A DNA stretch of 58,196 bases, filler included, from Platydemus manokwari (lineage: Eukaryota), in NCBI GenBank assembly GCA_037951405.1. It is 5 parts of 5 records of this genome, joined end to end, with 100 filler letters (N's around TTAATTAATTAA, not from the genome) between each part and the next. Parts side by side here need not be neighbours in the genome. Positions count along the whole stretch, not along the records: positions 34,222 to 44,708 come from JBBMOY011130218.1; positions 44,809 to 58,196 come from JBBMOY011745842.1; 3 more parts are not named here. One strand, 5' to 3'. Within the stretch, counting starts at the first letter, position 1. Every line of letters starts with the position of its first letter. The position numbers and the translations under genes were made by a program. The notes beneath the pieces were generated by a model that was not told the DNA's origin, did not search any database, and saw nothing but the letters and a program-made list of their open reading frames with translations. Shown piece after piece: positions 37,077 to 50,186 of this stretch.

Positions 37077-40000
37077 CTCAGAAACACTTGTCGGGAACAA
37101 CAGCAACTGTAGCGTTGTTGAGAAATAATATAGAATTAGTTGTCGCCAGTGTTGGTGACAGTAGGGCAATTTTATGCCGATCTGGCAAAGCAGTAGCGTT
37201 GTCGACTGATGACGATCCTGGCAATGAAATTGAACAAAACAGAATTTACAAATGTGGTGGTGTTATAACTACAAACAGCCTCGGTGTTCCCGTTGTTAAT
37301 GGTCGATTAGGTATGACTCGGAGTCTTGGCGATTTTGAATTGAAAAAATTTGGAGTCATCGCAAATCCACATTTGTACAATTTTAAAGTAAAATTGTTCT
37401 TTAAATCTTCAACCTCGTAAATGAAACTCATGATAATAAGTAATTTTTTAGATATGATTTGATGGCGGTTGGGGGGGTTATAAAATGTCCAATCAATAAT
37501 TGTTGCGTATTCATACCTGAATTTATTAAACTGGAAATAGTCTTCAATTAGGAAAATTAATTTCTTTGATATAAAGGGTTTTTCCATTCCAAGTTCACGT
37601 TTTAAATTGAAATTCATGTCCCATCTGATATTAGAACGGATATAAGAGGTGGGTGATGGGTATTTTAATCTAAGAAAAATTGTAATTTGCTCGATGTAAG
37701 CCGCTACTATTTTATAAAACACACATCGAAAACGGACTGAAAAGCCCCGATACCAAATATATATTTAAATACAGACATCTAAACCAATTAATATAATTTT
37801 ATAAAAAATTAAATCTTTAAAAATTTTAATTCAATTTAAAATGTTAACATTCGTTAAGCACCGTTGCCATAGAGATTTTATATTATGTTGATGTGAAAAA
37901 ACTAGTAGTGATTTAATTTGTTTCTAATCCAACTTTACACATTGAATCATTGACAATCCAATCAAGCATTTCATCAGTGGACCGATTTCTTAAACTGCTT
38001 TAGAAGCTTGTGTCGACCAGCATTCTTTATTTATTCGTTGGTGTATTCGAACATTCCATCTCTTTATTCATTTTCACTTTAGCTTAGCTTTGAAAACTGC
38101 CTGCCATTGTATTTTCTTGTTCAATATCAATATATTACTGACATTTTGTAATTGAATGCAAAACAAAATTATTTTCAAAGAACTCTACAAAATTATCTAA
38201 ATCTCTCAGTTTTTTAACCAAAGGTCAAATCATATGAAATGAAACGTTAACCAATGTTTGAAATTTTTCATAAGCGACTCGATTTGATATTGTTATGCGA
38301 TATCAATTTGAAAACATGACACTCACCCAATATTTATTTCGAACAATTTTGCATATAAATAAAAATATGTGCAAAAAATTCTAGAAAAGTATAAAAGTTT
38401 TATATAAATCGTTACAATGGAAAATAAATGAAAAAAATAAAATAAAACGAGAGAAGGGAAATAAAATTTCTGGAATATGAAAATCAATGAATCAAGTCAT
38501 TATCGATGAACAATGGATTTTTATTAATTTTGTTATCAATAAATAAAATATTGATTAATATTAATCAATGATAATATTGTTTTGGGAAAATCAAATTTTG
38601 AAAATTAGATATTTTTAAATGTCTAAAAATAAGTTAGAAAATTGTTGTGATCAACATTCCAATGATATGTGGGCAAATTGCCATGACAACTCTAATAGAA
38701 TGTGGTAATTATACCAAATCCATACCGGTGATTGTTGATCAATTGAAAATCATTTAATGATTAAAATTACAACTAAGCTATTTCGTTTTGAACCATATGG
38801 ATAGATAAATTTTCGCAACATTTTCTTAACTAGAAGACTAAAATAAAATCTTAACGCTTTACGAGTACCAACATTTTCCATGAAAAAGTCTTCTCACAGA
38901 ACATTTTTCTCAAACGGAAAATCTTAATCAAAGAACTTTCATAATCGAACGGTTAATTAAAATTGCAAAATTTGGTACAGAAATTTATTATTAAGCACAA
39001 ACTTCGTTTCAATAGTACGAATTATTGGTATGAATTTTAGGGCGATTTGGTACGTAAAGTAATTATCAAATTTTAATTTGCCATCATAAATTGTAAATGA
39101 GTGATTAAATAATAGTTGGTGCGTGATTAGGATCAATAAAAGTCTTCAATGTAGACAATCGAATTTCCTTAACTTTAATAAAAGATGCTTAATATCATAA
39201 TAGCCTTATCCGAATAAAATTCAGTGTAACAAATAAATATCAAAAGAAATTAACTTCACAATTAATTGGATAATACTTGAGTTAATTACGATTACAGACC
39301 GTTAGTTTCAGTTCTATAAGCAAATTCTAATATTAGTTTACACTATGTTTTTTAAGATATTTTATGATTTTTTTAAGAGAATTTTCTTAAATGGCTGTTA
39401 AATTTATGTATTAGAGTTTTATCTAATAAATATTAATTTTTTTTACATAATTATTGATAATTATTAAGATTGTTAAATAGAGTCTCATTCTGTGAAGTCA
39501 CATTACCCAATGAACAAATCAAGTGTGTTTAATGAGTAGAAAAAACCAACTCTTTTTTTTAATAACCATTTCTTATTGAACTACAGAGCTTAGTAACATG
39601 GTATTAGTACCCATATTTTCATTGTAGCAATTAAAAACCTACAGTGCAAGTCTGCGTTTTAATTGGCGAACTCTTGCACATCATAAATTCTAGATTATAT
39701 TTTATTTGATTTAAAATAAATATCTTGGAATTTATTATTTGTCATTTATTATATCTCTATTTATATAAATGGTCCCTAATTTCTGAGCGGTCTCAAATTC
39801 GTGCTGGAGATATTATGATAAAACATCAATAATCTAGTTTGTCTATATTTTATTGAAAGATATAAAAATATATTATTGATAATGACAAAGATGTCTTATT
39901 CTACGAAAAGCCATCAATTATTGATCTTAACAAATCAACTAATTTATGAGACAGCAATGCTATGATAGAATTTGCACTGAAATAATTGATAAACACAATT

Positions 40001-40834
40001 TTAATCAATATTATTTCAAAATAAAATTTAATTATTTTGAATTGAAGGATTAATTAATTTTTTATTCTTTAAAAGACACTTAACTGGAAATTGACGATAT
40101 TTTCCTGATACACACAGGATATATTTTAATGAGAAAAAGGACCATTCAGGTTTGTGATTCCCAATAATATTGCTAAATTTCTCACTATGATAACTCGGCA
40201 CATTTCCCTAAAAGAAAAAAGAACATTTAACGTGATAAGTTTTGAAGGGAAAGATTAGGACTTAGGAAATTTTTGTCCTTCGTATGATTTTACAATGAAT
40301 GGAACAAAATAAATGCCAATAAGGATCTTAATATAAAATAATGTTTACTATATTATTAAATTTATATCATAATTTTGATATTGATAATATAACACTTTAA
40401 TAGAATTCCAAAAACGTTTGATCAATATGGATTTTGTTTTGATAACATAGTTTCCGGACTTATTCCTGTTTTCATGATTTTTGCATCCAATCTAATTATT
40501 TTTCCCAATTAGCTTTTATTTTTAATATATTTCTACAGTTCACGAATTATTTGTAAAATATTTGATATAGATTAGTCACAGAAAAGATGCTTTTATAATT
40601 ATCTTATCGGATGGAGTTAGCTATGTCATGTCTAATAGTGAAGTGGTCGATAACGTTTCCGTTTGTCGTGATCCAAAAGAAGCAGCGAAGTTTATTACTG
40701 ATCAAGCGCTTCAATACGGTTCAGAGGATAACGTATCAGCTATTGTTCTGCCATTCGGGTCATGGGGTAAATATGCAATGAACAACAAAAATCTACAACC
40801 ACGATTCATTATGGACAACTATAAATGTGATTGA
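37077..40834 (+). CDS. PPM1K: PP2C phosphatase, PPM1K-like; last two exons 37077-37387 and 40571-40834 (5' exons not in the window)
   Basis: [61 protein letters not shown] and [33 protein letters not shown] closely follow PPM1K. The splice is phase 0, GTAAAA...ATAG. Confidence 0.9.
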
Positions 40835-41199
40835 TTTATAAATTTTAAATTGTTTTGTAATTATTGATTTATTAAATTTTTTTTATTTACATTTTTAATT
40901 TGCTTCAATTGTTAAATGTATTGGATATAAGATTTTATTTAGAATTCCTTTAAAGTGAAATATAAATTACAAATAAATTTCTATTAACAAATAATAATTT
41001 ATTTTAACAAATTGTATGCAAATGTATTATTTAAGTTAATTATGAAAAATTTTCATTCGTTAAACTATTATTTGAGATGGTATTTGCAATAATTTTGTAA
41101 ATTTACAAATAGATTGATAAAGAAAATTATTCAATTAGCTTTAAGAAAAAGACATGTTGTAAAGGTAAATATAAATTACAAATGTGGCGAAACAATCGC

Positions 41200-42100
41200 G
41201 GACTACCTTGATCCAACTAATTTGTAAACAGCTAGACATATTAATATAAATATTTTAAAAGTAAGACAAAAAGATTCATAAAATTTTAAATCTGTTTTAT
41301 CACATTAAAATTAATCAATGCCAAGGTCAGTAGAAAATAATACTAGAATCTAAAAATAAAACTTAATGTATGAAAAATCGAAATAACAACAATAGTTACT
41401 AAAAATAGTTACTCAGACTAAAAATAATAATATATGCTACTAAGCATGGTATGTTACCAAAAATAGCAACAGGGGCATGAATCATACCAAAATATAAAAC
41501 AGTACTTATACTAACAGTAACAATCATTCTTCGCACAATATTGACAAGCACAAATTTGGTTACTCTCTTTAGCTACAAGCAGTATTTTATAATTTTAACT
41601 ATATTCAAAGAAGAATTTTACCGATCCGGTTTTGCTTTTAAAAAGATATTTGCTATTGTTTATCATTGTTCAACTATTAAAATGAGTAATTTTTTTATTG
41701 TGATTAAAGTTCGACCCAGGGCTAGTTTTAGCTCTGTGGTCCTATAAAATTATTTAAGTACACATTACTGGTTCCAAACTTTCTTTTTTTGAGAGAAGCT
41801 TGTCCGGCCATCTAAGCGGCACGCCCTATACTTTTGCTCGAGGGTACTTTTACTTGTACAATAGAATTGTAATCATCTTGCGAATTTTAAAATCAATTGT
41901 CTATTAGTCAAATATATTTTATCGAGTTGTTTTATTTGTTTTATTATTTATATTTAATTATTACTTTTATTACATTCAACGCAACCACGCCCTTATCTGT
42001 AGGAGTCCTGATAAGTTAGAGATTATAGTGTGATAATTATTATAAAACCTTCTGATACTATTTTAAGTGTTAATTAATAATTTTTTTCCCAACCGGTTAT
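41200..42100 (+). repeat. Diverged solo LTR related to the 21310-22372 LTR (opposite orientation)
   Basis: Several colinear reverse-complement blocks, e.g. tgctactaagcatggtatgttaccaaaatagcaaca vs 22041-22077, acgccctatactttt vs 21668-21682 and ccttctgata vs about 21403-21412. Confidence 0.7.
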
Positions 42101-42769
42101 TAATAAAATCAATTAAAAAATTTAATCACTTCTTCATTTTTCAATAAATTTAAGATAAAAATGTAAAGATAATGTGACCATATTTGTCGGTTTAAAGTTT
42201 TGAGCGAAATATGACTCTGAGCTATTGCTCATATACTAATGTGTAAGTTATATTTATGCATGTCATGATGAGCAATTTTTCTACATTCAGAATACTTTGT
42301 TACTATTTATGGTACAAGTTGCTATATTTTTATTTTTAGAAAATAAAGTTGATTGATTAAAATATTTTCATTCTTTAATTTTCTTGAACTTACTATTTGC
42401 GAAATATTATAGATCGGAATAAATTGAAAATTATGTTAGAATTTAATTAATTCTTATAAATAATTTGAGTTAATAAATATCGAGCTCTAAATTATTTTCA
42501 AAGCAATTTTATTAGGTAAATCTTACTCCTATAGGTTTATGCATATTATGAACAGAAAAATATATTAAATTATAGGTCAATAATAGAATAAATAATTCAA
42601 TAAATAAATGTAGGTACAATTCTGTAAAATAAAAATATTTATATAACCATTATTTTTGTCAAAAAACCAGGCAGGAGCGTTGAGTATAAATTTATTTATA
42701 ATTCCCATTATTTGGTTCTATAGTAATGGATTTTAGGATTGTCTTTTAAAACTTTAGCAGTAAGAGTCC

Positions 42770-43170
42770 TGATTTTGTCAAGTGAGATGAATTCCGGCTA
42801 AAAGAAAAACGAAATTGCACCTTGGAACCCTTGTTTCGGCATTTTAAACAATTGCATGGCTACACACCCATACATACATAGCAATCAGCCTATCATAGTG
42901 AAGTTAGATGATGAACTACAACTGGAAAAGCGGGCATAGCTACACAACAACACACACAGGGATTGACTAATCCCACTCATGTAAAAACTTAAAAACCCAA
43001 TAAGGACGCAGTAAAACAAATATCAAATCAAAATATGATGCAACATGACACAAGAATACACGCAGATCGCGAATATAAAAATCGATGTAAAAATGGATAA
43101 CTGCCAGTTGAAAGGCAAGGTTGGGTTGAGATTTTGTAATTTGTGTATTGATTAATACAAGTTCGAATTG
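42770..43170 (+). repeat. Dispersed repeat family copy 3
   Basis: Colinear with 36090-36480. Confidence 0.65.
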
Positions 43171-43316
43171 GATTTAGGTCTTATTTATTGTTTATAATTG
43201 CCCAATGATTATTTTGTGAGCCCTCATTCAATTTTTTTTACAATTATGCATTCAGAGAACTAGGATTTAGAGAATCATCCTGTTCAGGTCAACAACAAAT
43301 TCAACACCAGATCCGA

Positions 43317-43660
43317 ATGGTTCCGCAAGCTGATTTTGCTAGTTGCCAAAAGCTTCCTGTCAAACAGTACAGTGGAGAACCAGTTGGCTTCGTGGACTTT
43401 ATGACAGATGATTTTATGTATGCATCTGCTTACGGCTGGATTGAAAGGAAGATGATCCTAAGGCATAACAAGAGAAGCCTACAACCAAATCGACAGACGA
43501 AACATTGCCCAGTGGACAGTAATTAAAGACGCCTTATCAGAGAACCTAATCAGCGGTGACGTTGGCCGCATTATCAGTCAAAAATTCTTTTCCAGATCGC
43601 AGAAAGCCGGTGAAACTGTCGGTGATTTTGAGTACCATTTGTCAACACTTGCAGAAAACA
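43317..43660 (+). pseudogene. gag: Isolated Gypsy gag fragment
   Basis: YSGEPVGFVDFMTD..YASAYGW..KMI.. then WTVIKDALSENLISGDVGRIISQKFFSRSQKAGETVGDFEYHLSTLA, resembling the gag at 20812-21212. Confidence 0.8.
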
Positions 43661-44708
43661 ATTTATTATTAATTTATCGGTTTTTAAGGCTAAGGACACC
43701 GTAACCACTACTATTTGGTGCTCAATTTAATGTGAATTTAATTTTTAGTTATATTCCAGTTGAATGAAATTCAAGCTAAAATTCATATAGTGAATAAACA
43801 GTACTTAACAACGACAAATTAAGCTTTAGAATAATAAATTCTTCTGGATGAATTTCTAGATAAACAATTGTAAGGAAACTACAGTGTTTCATTGAATTAA
43901 ATCTAATTTTTAAGTCGGAACAGTAGTCCGGTAAATAATATGAACAATATACATGTTAACGAGACTTTTTATTCATTATTATAAAAACCATTTTGTATTT
44001 AACTTTTTTTGAACACCCTCATTATCCTAAATGTTATTATCATATAGTTGATTATATAAATATTTTAACATTAAGTGCAAATTTTTGAAGATTATTAGAT
44101 TTGTCATCACATCAATGAGTTCACTACATATAAACTGTTTGGTGAAAAACTTGTCATCACAGATGGAAAAATTTGTTTTGAATGTGTAAATCATCTTTAA
44201 AATTCTTCGTTCTCAACCTTAAAAATCAACAACCGGAAACGAAAAATAGCACAGCCTAAAATTTTAAAGATGTCAAATTTCTCAAAAATAATCTTTGATA
44301 AATTTGAGATCTTATTTATATAAGCATTTAAACTGTTTACGTTGATTAATATGGCCTCGTTATGGTTTAGAATCACCTTAAAAATCTTATTTTCATAATA
44401 CTATTGTAAGTATGTGTTGCTTGACAACAGAGACAGATAGACAATAAATACATATTATGCTAATCATTAAAATATATTTAAAACAATAGTCAAAAAATAC
44501 ACGAAAGTAAATCAATATTCATGGTTAAGCGTAATTAGATTTAACAACTAATTTTAACCTTCAATATTTATTATTATAGAAAGATTTATGTTGTTAATTC
44601 TTAAGTCTTAATAAGCTTTGTAAATAATAAAATAAAAGCTTGGCTTCATATTTAATATTTTAGAATTTCATATATTTTACAAGAAACTGTTGTATTAATT
44701 AATAAATT

Positions 44709-44808
44709 NNNNNNNNNNNNNNNNNNNNNNNNNNNNNNNNNNNNNNNNNNNNTTAATTAATTAANNNNNNNNNNNNNNNNNNNNNNNNNNNNNNNNNNNN
44801 NNNNNNNN
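44709..44808. other. Artificial contig linker
   Basis: N44-TTAATTAATTAA-N44. Confidence 0.95.
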
Positions 44809-45177
44809 AAATAATATAAACATATTCAATAATGTAGAATATTTATTTTTAATTAAAATTTTGATGAAATAAAAATCCCCTTCTGATTATTGATGTGGAA
44901 GAAAATTGTTTTTGCATCCTTAATTTGACATTGTTTTTGTTGTATCTCAATGAGATTATTATCCTACGATTATTACAATTCTCTATATGAAATCACATTT
45001 GTTCGTCATTTAATCCTACTATTAATAGATTAACATATTCATTTACCTTATCCGCCTTGAAGGGTATTGGTTAAATAGTTTTGAACGCAGCCGAAAACAT
45101 TTTCTCAAATAATGTAGTTGTTTTTGTGTAATCGATAAAATTGACGATCGATAAAGAGGTACCAATAATATCGATTC

Positions 45178-45180
<3 letters not shown>

Positions 45181-45220
<40 letters not shown>
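45181..45220. repeat. (TAT)n microsatellite
   Basis: About 13 perfect TAT units. Confidence 0.95.
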
Positions 45221-45223
<3 letters not shown>

Positions 45224-47665
45224 TAATAATAATAATTTAATAAAGAAGCTCCAAATAACGTTATCTACCTTGAGTCACTTTGAAAACACCCAGAAGATTT
45301 ATTTTTATTTGGAAAGATAATAAAGCTTATACGGACGCTCTTCTCATATAACAAGCTCCTTACGAAATAATTCAACCCGTTTTACTTTCGTCTTCGACAA
45401 ACCAACCAATCTTGAATAAATATCTCTGATAGAACAATTTCATCACTGAAAAAAAAACGAATTAATGGAAAAGCTGAAAATATTCATAAACACGGAAAAT
45501 AAATAACTAATCTAATCGAATTCTTCCATTAATTGATATGATGAAACATGATGAAACGAGATATGTACGTGAACCAGAAATCTACTAAAATTATTAATGT
45601 GTAATTTTTTTAAAATATTAATTAAAAATTCTTTTCAAAATAATTATTTATCTATATTTTCCATGGAAGGAATTCCCAAAACCTGTCGTTGTGATAAGTA
45701 ACAAGATAGAGATGTGTACGATAATTACGACAAAATTAAAAGCAGTCCAGTACACTCATGCGTTAAAAGTGTTAATGAAAAGTAGAAAAAAAATTCTTTA
45801 AAATGTTTGTTATTATTATAAATTATTAATATATTGTAGTAATAAATTATTATAATTGTCGTAATAATAATAATTATTATTAGTATTATTGTTTTTAAAA
45901 ATTATTAATATTATTGTAGTATTAATGATAATTTTCTTAATATTAATTATTATCATTATAGCTACTATTATTAATATTATTTGGATATTATTCATATTAC
46001 TTAAATACTTATTTGATAAACTAGAATAGAAAAATTACGGAAATCACACATTGTTTAGACGAGTTCAAATATCGTTGTAATGATTACAATATTTGCTACA
46101 GAAAATTGTGAATAATAAATATAGTCTTGTCAGGAGATATATTGTATAATTAATTACTTTTTGAAGTCAGTTATAATTGTACTTCGACAAGGTTCTTCAA
46201 ATTATGGACATCAGTGAATGGCTATCATTAACTGACAATATTCGCAAGCCTGCATCGAGAGATTACTTTTTGATGAATCTGAAGCACTTTAAAAATAACT
46301 AACTCGAGTTTAAGATCACAGAACCAACAAAACCTCAAATAACACAACCACCAGAATCTCAGACAACATCAGAAAAACTGAATCTAATAGAAAAGAAAAG
46401 GAATTTAAGATACCAATAGAGACCTACATCACCTACTGGTAGTGGTCCAGTAAAAATTGGGCTGGGTAAAAGAAAAAGATATATACGGAAAGCAGAGCTG
46501 GAATGTGAATTTAGATGCTTAAGGTCGGCAATACATTTACGAATTCCGAACATCAATGATAGTGACCTTCGAATTCCAGATCCATATTGGCTCCTTTCAA
46601 ATAATAGCATTACACATGACTTTTTTGTGAAACTTTTAATTATTATATCTACTTTTGTGATTATTTTCAAAAATACTGATTTAAAATTACAATTCATGGA
46701 CATAAAACTATATATATAAAATTTATAAGAAATTAATTAATTTATGGAATACAATGAAGACAAATCAACTAAATTAAGTAAGGAAGAATAAAATAAAATA
46801 GTTAAATTTTTAAAGCTTAAATTAATAACCATTTGGGATTCATGAAATTTTAAAATATTCCATAAAAATTAAGGCACAAAGTACCGAAAATAATCAATTT
46901 TGATAAATTTTAGTGAATTATCACTGGTACAAAGTATCCCACGTTGACAATTATATAAATCGATGCTAAAACCAATCAATTCACTTTGAAAACTCTGAAT
47001 TATAAAATTAAAATTTTCGAAGTAAAAAATTTCTATTTCGTGGAAGGAAAAAATTTGTAAAAAGCAATAGAATCATGATATAAAGACATTTTATAGTAAA
47101 AAGTATTAATAATTAAAATTTAATCTTCAAAACGATCAGACATTTTAGCTCATATTTTAAACTATTTAAAACCAAATTTTGGGGATTGTACTAACGTTCT
47201 TGCGCTCATTGCCAGATCACCACACCAATTTATTAAGTAAAATCATTGTACGAGTTATTCTGAGTGTAAAATAATTTGGAGTGACGAATAAATTTTATAA
47301 ATAAAGTGTGTTATCTTGGTTATTCAATAAAAGAGTTAACTTTAGAAATATTATCATAATAGAACTCACTCTGTTGCGTTGTATAACACTAAAAAACACC
47401 AACCACAACCCAACACATGGATATCAGTTATTGAAATTTCTATTCGTATCCATCACTAAACCTTGTCGAGAATATATATGAGACACCAAAGCCAATAAAA
47501 CAATTAAAATTTAACCACGGCCTTAAAAATCCAGCGGTAATATAAAACATCACAAACCAAAACTTACATTTTCGATTATAAAATATGGATGATGAAATAT
47601 TTCCTTACAGTAATACCAGTAATCGATAAATAAATCAAAATAATTTGTTTTTGTATTATATATTC

Positions 47666-47770
47666 AAGAGGTGGCCAACTTTTGTGTACGTAAGATCGAC
47701 TTTTCATTTGAATAACATCTCACGCGACCCACTAAAATTGGCGTCAAGATCGACCGGTTGGCCACCCCTG
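47666..47770. mobile_element. Short hAT-type MITE
   Basis: TIRs aagaggtggccaac / gttggccacccctg with repeated internal aagatcgac motifs; no TSD preserved. Confidence 0.7.
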
Positions 47771-50186
47771 CAATGTGATATATTTTATATTGAATACATT
47801 GATGGGCTTTTAAGACTACATTTGGTGAAAAATTGAATTACTACACCTGATTCACCGTTTCTCTGAATAATCAGGACCGATTAAATATCATTAGATCTCA
47901 ATCAGTTAAAGTTAAGTTCAAAAACATCTAATTGATAACATTTTCAGAGAATTTTCGAAAAGTATATTCACTAAGGTTTAAAATTTTGAAATCAAATGAA
48001 TTGTATTTCAAATTTACATAAAATTATCCTGTATTAACTCAAAATCGCTTGATTTTTTCAGGATTAAAAGGAAAATTGTATGAGACATCTTTTCGAAAAT
48101 AGCTTAGTCTCATCAGCATTAAAGACTTTGTTTGGATATTATTCTCGTTTTAATATAATTTTCATCATATTTTATTGAAGATTTTGGAAACTTGTTTTAT
48201 TGAATAGTCTTTTCAAGGAAATCTTTTAAGTATCCCAATGAAATTGAAACATACATACACATACAATGAACATATATGTATCGCTCACTTTTGATTTCTA
48301 GGAGATAGTCCATAGTATGTTATCCATATCTAATTTACAACAGATAATGTTATTCCTATGTTGAACGTTCAACATTGCTTACAGAAAACATTGTCTTACA
48401 CCATATTTTTTAGAAAATTAACTTGATGAGCATACAGCATTTTATTTTTAGAAATTCAGGGGGAAAGCCTGATTAATGTTTATCGAATGGATGCCCTGTT
48501 TATGCTCAAGTTTAAATTCTCAATTCAGTTACGAACAGTACATTATAGAATCATGAGCATTATATTGTTTATTGATTTCCAAAAATAATCGATAACCTCT
48601 TAAATATTTATAACCGTTCATTATAATTATATAAAGTTAAAAACAATTATAATAATAAAAGCTAATTTAATTGATATATCAGTAATGAGATATATCTGAT
48701 ATCTACAATCAAACAAGAACATTATATTCGACTGAATTTCCCACCGATATTTGTCAAGAACGTTAGTTACTGAATAATGATGTACCAATTATTAATATAA
48801 CTATCGATTCGTTTATGTTATGTCAGTTTGTTTTGGAAAATAACAATAGAAAATAAATAGATCGAAAAGCATAAAGTTGCCGTCATAGATCAATATAAAA
48901 TGATACCACATTTAAAAATACTGATGTGAGTCTTTTAAAATGTCAGGATTTATTGGTTCCTGGTATTTATAAATGTTATCTAATTCTATGAAGGAAAATT
49001 TCCATACAATCTGACTGCAAAGATTGTTGTATAAATAGGGTAAACATAAATTTATTATAAATAATTAAGAAAATAATAATAATTATTAATAAAGACAAAA
49101 TTAGATATCAATAATGATTAGCAATAAAATATCAATAATCAAATAAATGATTGATAAACAAATAGCCAATATTTTTTTATTAACAGTTCTAGGTTGCCTA
49201 TAATAGTTAATAGTGAGAGATCTGAAATATCTTGCGAAAATACCCACAATAGTACTTGGCTTGATTCACATTTTGTAAGTAGCTAGATTCTACAAGCGGT
49301 GCTAAATTTGATGAAATTACTTTTTATTAATTTTGTAAAGTTTTAATCTTTAATTGGATAGGATCTAAGTTAAAAATATGACACGAATTCAATGTATAGA
49401 TAGTTTTTAAAATACGAATCTTTTGTTCGTTGATAAATTAGGCTGAAGAAATTGTTCAGGATATATAAATTTAGTCTAATTAGCTATGCTGAAGATAGCA
49501 ACTGCAACTGTTTCGAAGTATAAAATGTTTCTAATTCTTTATATTGCAATTTGTCAAAATGTTTATGAACAATTCTATAACGAGAAAAATGATGTTCGTG
49601 ATGGGTGTTCTCGTCAATTTGTTGTCTTTATGTTTATTAGTTTTTTATTTCCTTGTTTCTTCTTTTTTATAATCAAGTAATTATCAAAGTATTTTTCGAA
49701 TAATTAATTTTAATTTTTATTCATCTATTTTAGGATTTTATTTAATCTATTTTTAGATTATTAACAATATTTCGCTTATGAATTATTTTTCTATTAAAAA
49801 ACTTTATTCTTATTATTATTACTATTGTGGGGTTTGGTGCCTAACAAAAACTGGAAAAATCGATTTTATTGAGAGATAGCTTATACTTTTCAATTATGAT
49901 TGCTTAAAATAATTCGATTACATGATGATAAACTATGGATGATTAGATAGATATTCATCTTTTGTTCTGACTTGTTAGAACTGTTTGGAGAACCTCAATC
50001 TATTATAATATCTATTGGTATGACATAATAATTCGTGTGATAATACGTGTAATAATTCATCAATACCTGATATTATACAGGCCCTAGATTTTGTTTATGA
50101 GGATTATCAAACTGAATTTTATACTTCATCAAATGACGTGAAATTTTAACTTGTTAAATTCAAATAACAACTTGAAAATACTAACA

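Noticed and set aside
37940-38110. Possible pogo/Tigger CENP-B HTH remnant
   Set aside because: Only a faint GPLMK-like motif with no TIRs, too weak to support.
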